A stretch of 63,619 nt of DNA, counting the filler, from Cercozoa sp. M6MM (lineage: Eukaryota > Protista > Endomyxa: Ascetosporea): NCBI GenBank assembly GCA_040357565.1. It is 13 parts of 13 records of this genome, joined end to end, with 100 filler letters (N's around TTAATTAATTAA, not from the genome) between each part and the next. Parts side by side here need not be neighbours in the genome. Positions count along the whole stretch, not along the records: positions 53,847 to 57,795 come from JBDODJ010001266.1; positions 57,896 to 61,231 come from JBDODJ010001496.1; positions 61,332 to 62,443 come from JBDODJ010002170.1; positions 62,544 to 63,619 come from JBDODJ010002192.1; 9 more parts are not named here. One strand, 5' to 3'. A model generated the notes under the pieces. That model worked only from the letters and a program-made list of their open reading frames with translations, ran no database searches and was not told the origin of the DNA. Shown here one piece after another: positions 55,882 to 63,619 of the stretch. Position numbers and translations under genes: made by a program. Positions within the stretch are counted from its first letter, which is position 1. Every line of letters starts with the position of its first letter.

Positions 55882-57679
55882 ATGCAAGCGCAGCACTGGA
55901 AGCGACTGGGCGCGGCAGCGCTGACGGCGAGCGCGAGCACCTACCTGACCTGGCAGTGGTACCAGCGCGACACGAGCGACGTGAGTCTGCCTAAAATTCC
56001 GCTGCCTGAGCTGCCGCTTTTGGAAAAGCAGGACGACACTGTCGTTCATGCTTTGTCGGTGAGTTTACTCCCTTCTCTACCCTCTCCTTAACCCCTGCTA
56101 TCTTGCTACATCTTTACCCCTTTGTCAGCTTGTCTAACCGATTATTCTGCATCCTGGCAATGTGCTATCCTTACCCCTCAGGCCTCACCGGCCGTGCTGC
56201 GCATGAAGGCGGAGGAGCGACGTCGCAAGCTGCGGCGGCGCCGTCTGTCGGAGGACTCGGTGGACCTGCCCAACGTGGACGACGAGCTGGACCACCACGC
56301 CGCTCTGTCGGTGGACCCGGACACCATGGTGCTCCTGTCGGGCTCGGCGCACCCGTCGCTTGCGCGGGTAGCTTTACCCCGCCCCTTTAACCCCCGCTCC
56401 CTTACCCCCCCACCCCCTTCCTCTACCCGCACCCTCCTCTTACCCGTGTACTGCCGACAGAGAGTGGCAGAGCTGCTGGGAATTCCGGTGGGCGGGTGCG
56501 ACACGGGCCACTTTGCCGACGGCGAGACCAGTGTGAAGATCCAGCGCTCTGTGCGCGGTCTCAACGTGTACATCATCCAGCCCACGGGGCCGCCTATCAA
56601 CGACAATCTGATGGAGCTCCTGCTGCTCGTGTCGGCTGCTCGGTAGACGCTTTACCCCCCACCTTACCCCCACCTTCCTCCCACCTTACCTCCATCTTAC
56701 CCCCATCTTACCACCCACCTTACCACCCATCTTACCCCCCACCTTACCCCCCACCTTACCTCCATCTTACCACCCACCTTACCCCCACCTTACCCCCATA
56801 CCTTTCTACCTTGCGAGGTGTTTGGCAGGCGTGCATCGGCGTCGAAGATCACAGCGATAATTCCGTACTACGGGTACTGCCGGCAGGACCGTATTCGGGA
56901 GAAACGCGAGACGATCGCGGCGGCCGATGTGGCGCTGATGCTGCAGTCGGTGGGCGCAGACCACGTGATCTCGGTGGACCTGCATCGCGGCCAGATCCAG
57001 GGCTTCTTCGACTCGTCCTGCGTGGTCGACAACATCGACGTCGTGCGACAGGTCGTTCCGTACGTGGTCGAGAAGAACCTCGTCAACCCGGTCATTGTGT
57101 GTCCCTCGGCCACGGGCCTGCAACGCACCAAGGTCTTCCGGTATAGCCTCTTAACTCACCCACCTCATCCACCCTTTACTCTTCCCTCTTTACCCTCCCT
57201 CTTCACCCCTCTCTTCACCCTCTCTTCACCTCTATATACCCCCCTATCTACCCCCTATCTACCCCTACCTACCCCCCCTATCTACCCCCCTATCTACACC
57301 CTACCTACCCCCCTATCTACCCCTACCTACCCCCTACTTACTCCCCTATCTACTCCCTATCTACCCCCTACCTACCCCCCTACCTACCCCTCTATCTACC
57401 CCTATCTACCCCTCTATCTACCCCTATCTACTCCCCTATTTACCCTCTATCTACTCCCTATTTACCCCCCTGTTTACCCCCCCCCCCCNNNNNNNNNNNN
57501 NNNNNNNNNNNNNNNNNNNNNNNNNNNNNNNNNNNNNNNNNNNNNNNNNNNNNNNNNNNNNNNNNNNNNNNNNNNNNNNNNNNNNNNNCCCCCCCCCCCC
57601 CCCAGAGACCAGTTGTGCCGCGAGGGTTTGCAAGCATCGCTCGCTTTCGTTGCACCGAAACTGACCGAACGAGATATTG
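55882..57679 (+). CDS. PRPS: Ribose-phosphate pyrophosphokinase (PRPS)-like protein with an N-terminal extension (3' partial)
   Basis: LLSGSAHPSLA, FADGETSVKIQRSVRG, NDNLMELL, IPYYGYCRQDR and VDLHRGQIQGFF. Confidence 0.9.
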
Positions 57680-57895
57680 GTACTTTACCTTTCTTACCCC
57701 CCCTTCTGACCCCTTTCTTACCCCCTTCAGACCCCTTTCTTACCCTCTTTCTGACCCCTTTCTTACCCTCTTTCTGACACTCTTAACCCCCCCCCNNNNN
57801 NNNNNNNNNNNNNNNNNNNNNNNNNNNNNNNNNNNNNNNTTAATTAATTAANNNNNNNNNNNNNNNNNNNNNNNNNNNNNNNNNNNNNNNNNNNN

Positions 57896-58214
57896 AAAAG
57901 CGACTGCACCGACAACACGAGCTGCATCAACGCGCCTCTTTTCTCTGACACAACGCACACACACTTAAATCGCGTCAGGGCAAGGTGGGTGGGTGGTAAA
58001 ATCAGGTACCCAGCAGCTGCCGTGCCAGCGCCCAGAACTCCGTATCTGCGAGAACCTGGCGCCACTCGCCTCGCATCAGTGGCGCCAGCAGCGACTTTGC
58101 CACTGCGCTTCAGCAGGAGAGACGTACAGAAGCATGGCACACGAGAGAGAACACGAAACCATTTTGCAACGCATCAACATCGGCGGCCAGAAAAACCGAG
58201 AAGAGTGCGCCCAT
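57896..58214 (-). CDS. N-terminal fragment of an unknown protein
   Basis: MGALFSVFLAADVDALQN|VAKSLLAPLMRGEWRQVLADTEFWALARQLL|EKRGALMQLVLSVQSL. Confidence 0.45.
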
Positions 58215-58787
58215 TAGAGGCACTCTAACGGCGTGTATTTCGGCCCTGCTGTGTATTCGGCCTATCAATACAGCACTTCCAGCAGCTGCTATTGTATCGG
58301 ACACTGTGATTGATTTATTGATCTTGACTATCGTCAATCAAGACAAAGCGATTTTACATCCGACCGGCCGTTCAAAGATTTCCGTGTGCCCTCAGCACAC
58401 TGGAGCTGTGAGAGTGTTGTTTTTTGATCGGTCCTGGGTCGGTGGTACGACCACATTTTTAAAAAATGGCCGAGAGCAGGCGATCTGGACATGACGGGCC
58501 CGAATCGTATCTGCATGAGTGCAGCGGCTCGGTGTACCTAGGCGAGTGCGTACTAAAGGCAGACAGCGCCGAACAGTCACACTTGAGAGAGCAGCTCGGT
58601 TGGAGTGTGCTATTGGCGGTGTGTCCGTTCCGAGCGAGTGCACACGCTGGGCGGGCTAGACTGGCCCAACACACGCACAGGCACATCCACAGGCAGCCTC
58701 ACAGGCACTAGTGGTCTGTGTGAAGCATATCTTTTTGCAGGCCTGGGTGCATTATTTGTGCGCGTTGGCGCTCGCTCGAAATCAGAC

Positions 58788-59738
58788 ATGGGCAACGCTT
58801 TCGGCAAGGTCGTGCAGATCCAGGGCCAGGTGCGTTTCTCATCTGTGTGAAAAACGGATCTTTTTGATGCTGATTGGTTTGACGTGACGCAGCGGTACAA
58901 GATCGTGTCGCGTCTGCGGGATGACCCGAGCTTGCCTGTACGCTGTCCGGCTGGTGTACTCTTTGCAGCACACGTATATACTGTGTGTGTACAGAGCACG
59001 GCATCGCAACTAGTCGTTGTGAGGGACATCCGCACCGGTCAGAATCTCGTGCTGAAGCAGGTAGACCTGTCACCAGTCAATCAAACACATGTTGGACGTA
59101 AGCGTATATATGTGTGCACCTTCAGACACGTGTACCGGCGCCGAAACAACCACGGCGACGCAGTGGCAATGCAGAGGCAGGTACCGCACTTGTATTGGAT
59201 TCTCCCATTGCCCGATATTATCCCGATTGCGCTTGTCGTGTCGGCAGAGGCACTCGCCGAACTAGGTGTATGCACGGAGGATGGCACCCTGTCGGTGGAC
59301 GACGGCGTGCTGCTGCGACTACAGGCTGAGACAGAGGCGACGCTGCTGCAGTCCTTCAAGGCGCGGCCGCACAAGAACGTCGTGCGACTCGTGTCGGCCA
59401 CGTGCCGTCAGTTGCCCTCCGGCCAACGCGAATACGTGCTGCTTATGGAGTACGCCAGTGAGGGGTACCCTTCTACCCTTGCCTCTTTGCCTGGTTTACC
59501 TGTTGCTGTGTCAGTTCATTGAGAGAGCGACTAAAAACAGGTCCGCCTATGACGCTCGAGCAGATCCTGTCCTGCATGGTACCCGCTTTCATCCTTCCCC
59601 TTGTCCCCTCCCCTTTGTCCCCTCCTCTTTTCCCCTCCCCTTTACCCCTCCCCCCGCGACAGAGCGACGTGGTGGACGGTCTGTCGTTTCTGCACGCGCA
59701 AAATCTCGCGCACCGTGATGTCACTATCGTACGCTACC

Positions 59739-59786
<48 letters not shown>

Positions 59787-61221
59787 CACGCGCGTTGCCC
59801 TCCTTGCATTTTGTCCTGCGTTGACCCCGGTAGGACAACATCGTGATGGACAGCACGCATGTGTACAAACTGTGCGACCTCGGGAGTGCGCAGCGCGGCG
59901 ACTGGCGCATCGACACGTCGGCGCAGCAGCAGCAGCCGTCGGGCCAGGCGAGTCAGCACGGAGCCGGACAGTCGGGACTACCTGGACAGCCGGGACCCGA
60001 GGAGGACAGCACGTCGGTCGGCTCGCACCTCTCGGTGTCGGCCTCGAACTCGGCCACTCTGGCGGCTGCCAATCTCGCGCGTCTGCGTCGACTGATCGGT
60101 ACTCAAAGCACCAACCAAATCACTGACTCAGTTGGCGGTTGGCACCACTGTGACACGTGCGCACTGGTAGAACTGACGGTACCACGGGAAGCACGTCCTC
60201 CCGAGATGGTTCATTTGGGGTACACTCTTGTCAGATTCCTTTGCCTCCCTTCTCTCTATGTGTTTCATATGTGCAGTGCGGCGAAACACGTGGGTCTGGC
60301 GGCCGATATCTGGCAGCTCGGTTGCGTGTTCTACCAGCTGGTACCAGCTTACCCCCCCCCCCCCCACCCGCGCACCCTCTTGCACACATGTTTTACCTCT
60401 GCTTGTCAGTTGTTCCGCCTGCCGCCGCCGTTCGCCGCCGCCGGACCGTCGCAGTTGCTCACAGGTAGTGGCTTAACCCCCCTTGCCCCCTCCATGTAAC
60501 TTACCCTTGTACCTTACCCTCATCTTAGGCATGTTCCACGAGCCGGAACGACGCGGCATTCCGCGACCGGTGCTGCATCTGATGCGTGCCATGCTGAGGT
60601 AGTTTACCCCCCCCCCCGACCTACTCCCATTTCTCACATCCTACACAGTGTGCGACCGTCGCAACGACCGCGTATTGAGGAGGTCAAGCGACAGATTCGC
60701 ACGGTACCAGTTCTTCCCCACATAACCCCCTCCCTGTTACCCATTAACCCCCGCGCAGTGGCTGGCGCAGTCGGATGTGCGCGACGCCAAGCTGCTGCCG
60801 GAGGCATCGGCACCGGTGCTGCAGATCAAGTTCCGTCCGCGTCGCTCGATCGACGTGGCCGCGCTGAGCGAGCTCTATGCGTCGCACTCGGTGTGTCCTT
60901 ACCTCCTCTACCTACCCTTTCTTACCACCCCTACCCTACCTTCCGACAGAAGCGTCGGCAACTGCCGCAGGTGCCGTCAAAAACGAACAGCGTCGTGTCG
61001 AAACTGCTGGCGAAAACACTCGTCAACGCGAAGGATGCGCCCAAGATTCGCGTAGCTTTTTGGCTTAACCCCCCCCCCCCCCCCTCCCGTTACCCGTATC
61101 CCCCTATCCTCATGGCTCGGGTAGTACGTGACAAAGCTGTCGTCGCTGACGCGCGCCGAAGACGGCGCCGAATTCGGCTCGCGCGCCATTTTGGATCAGT
61201 TGTACAAGCGACTGCAGAATG
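58788..61221 (+). CDS. NAK/STK16-like protein kinase with a possible ANTH-like domain (3' partial)
   Basis: MGNAFGK; LVLKQ; PHKNVVRL; LLMEY; HRDVTI|DNI; KLCDLGSA; RPPEMV; ADIWQLGC; RP..RP.I; then KTLVNAKDAPKIR|YVTKL...LYKRLQ. Confidence 0.78.
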
Positions 61222-61331
61222 GTAGACTCACNNNNNNNNNNNNNNNNNNNNNNNNNNNNNNNNNNNNNNNNNNNNTTAATTAATTAANNNNNNNNNNNNN
61301 NNNNNNNNNNNNNNNNNNNNNNNNNNNNNNN

Positions 61332-62420
61332 CGCGGAACACATGGTCGAGGGCGAGCAGCTGGTGGACTGTTTTTACCCCCCCCCCCCCCCGCCCCTTTT
61401 TCGCCCCCCCCCGACCCCAGTTGATGACAGTGGAGAATCCAAAGCGCCCGCAGTCGCAGATTCCGGATGTAGGACAGTTTTACTCACCCCTACCCTTACC
61501 CTCCTTAACCCCGTCTACCCTCCGCGTGTAGTACGATAACGTCGACATGCGGCACTACGAAGTACCATATACCCTACATACATATACTTATATCCTAGAT
61601 ACACATACTTATTAGGTACATAGACTTATATTGTATAGCAATATATATATATATATGAATCTATATATATATATACATATATGTATAAATGTAAATATAT
61701 AGATGTAAAAATGGTATAGGTATACAGTATATATAGACGTAGTATATAGGTTTACATAGGGTTGGTTCGGCAGAGGAGAACACTCGCAGTGCGGAAAGGG
61801 TGTGTCTTACCCCCGTGTTACCCCCGTGTTCCCCCCTATTACCTCCGTTCTTACCCCTTCTATCTCCCCCCATTTTCATGTCCCTGGCCGCAGTCTTTTT
61901 CGACAAGCGAGCAGAGGTGGAGTCTGCGAGTACCACCAAGGGGGGTCCATTTCCCCCCCCCCCTTTGCCCTCTTACCCCCTCTTACCCCTCCCCCCTCTT
62001 ATCCCCACCCCAGGTGTTCTGGGAGAGGCTGGACGACCTCGTGGCGGCCGATGCGAAAACGCCGCGGCCACTGCCGCCGCCCGGTGCGTTTCTTGCTTTT
62101 GTTGTTTCTATTGTTGTTTTTTGTTGTTGTTTCTTTTTGTTGTTTCTATTGTTGTTTTTGTTGTTGCTGTTGCTTTGTTGTTTTCTTTTTGTTGTTTTTG
62201 TTGGTTTGTTGTTTTTGTTGTTTTTTGTGTTTCTTGTTGTTGTTTCTTGTTATTTCTTGTTGTTGTTTTCTTTTTGTTGTCGCTTCTATCTCCCCCCCCC
62301 CCGTTTACCCCCCTGTTGATCTCTCTGTTTACCCCCTTTTACCCCCCCTTTTTACCCCCCTCCCCCTCGCAGGTGGGCAAATTCTCGGCCGCCACGATTG
62401 CAGAAGATTTCATCTACGAG
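61332..62420 (+). CDS. Internal exons of an unknown gene
   Basis: Small coding-like exons (e.g. VFWERLDDLVAADAK) between C-rich and TTG-rich introns. Confidence 0.35.
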
Positions 62421-62976
62421 GTGAGTTTACCCCCCCCCCCCCCNNNNNNNNNNNNNNNNNNNNNNNNNNNNNNNNNNNNNNNNNNNNTTAATTAATTAAN
62501 NNNNNNNNNNNNNNNNNNNNNNNNNNNNNNNNNNNNNNNNNNNACGGGGTACGGGGTAGGGGGTAAGAGAACAAAGGGGGTAAAGAGGGGAAGGTGGGTT
62601 AAGCTGCCTAAAACCAACTGACTGCCGAAGAAGTACAATTGTACTGTGTAGTGATGAGCACACAGTGGTCACCAACCCCCCCCCCCTCCCCACTCGGTAA
62701 GTTATCGCCTTCCTGAGAGTGTAGAAGCAAAGGGCGAATCCAGAGACCTGGCGACTGCGTTTCCCGACGGAGTGGGCGCATGCTCCACTGTTGATGGATA
62801 TGATGTGCAAACAAGGACTCGTGTGCCGAGCAGCGCATCAGGATATGCCGCAAGCGCGCTACTTTTAGATATGCGCAAACTGAGTTTGCTCGAATGCGAA
62901 TGTCCAGGCGACAAGGAACACAGCCAAGAGTGTTGCAAATGGACACGCTGTACTCAGTCATATCGACGGAAAAGAA

Positions 62977-63172
<196 letters not shown>

Positions 63173-63259
63173 TTAGTTAGTGTTGGTTAGATAGTTATAG
63201 CAAACCAACTAGGTAGTTCCCTGCACTAATCCGTGCGGTGCCACGCGACAAGCAAAGTT

Positions 63260-63329
63260 TCACTCAGTCTGCATGTGCTCTTTGGCCAGCTGCACATGCG
63301 GACACCGAGTGTAACCAACCCTCCAGCCA

Positions 63330-63366
<37 letters not shown>

Positions 63367-63389
63367 ACAGACACACAGACACACACACA

Positions 63390-63421
<32 letters not shown>

Positions 63422-63586
63422 GACACACACACACAGACACAGACACAGACACACACAGACACACGTGCAGAGACTGACCTCCAGCAGCCTGGCCTTGGTG
63501 AGACCCTTGGTGTCAACACGGAACTGCTTGAGATAGGCACGCAGCTCGGTCACCTTCATGGCTTCGAGTCGCTGGATTTGCAGCAC
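63260..63586 (-). CDS. SAP-domain protein, C-terminal fragment
   Basis: [30 protein letters not shown]|LAKEHMQTE*, a SAP consensus. Confidence 0.65.
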
Positions 63587-63619
63587 TCGGCCCGTCTCTG
63601 TCGGAGGGGGGGGGGGGGG

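Overview
Eukaryotic (protist-like) nuclear DNA using the standard code (TAA, TAG and TGA all serve as stops in conserved genes). It is gene-dense and very intron-rich, with short GT-AG introns, many swollen by (GT)n, TA-rich or TTACCCC-like satellites. The window is not one locus: it is 13 contigs joined by an artificial 100-nt spacer (N44-TTAATTAATTAA-N44), so neighbourhoods across spacers are meaningless and many genes are partial. Manual splicing identifies ALA synthase, pyruvate kinase, a STE20-like kinase fragment, an Mpo1/DUF962-like membrane protein, a WD40 protein, a DEP-domain protein, isovaleryl-CoA dehydrogenase, a Sen1-like helicase, Skd3/CLPB, SDE2, FCP1, TPMT, an Erv/ALR oxidase, mitochondrial uS9, MPP10, a PRPP synthetase-like protein and a NAK-like kinase. 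The most interesting signals are: a single-chain tandem Erv 'pseudo-dimer' with a dead first domain and a myristoylation motif; an animal-type Skd3/CLPB in a genome whose PRPS looks SAR-like; a PRPS pseudoenzyme; a NAK kinase with an ANTH-like domain; a GTAC-dominated donor consensus; and an H/ACA-like RNA in an IVD intron. All exon structures and homology calls are manual and from memory, not from database searches.
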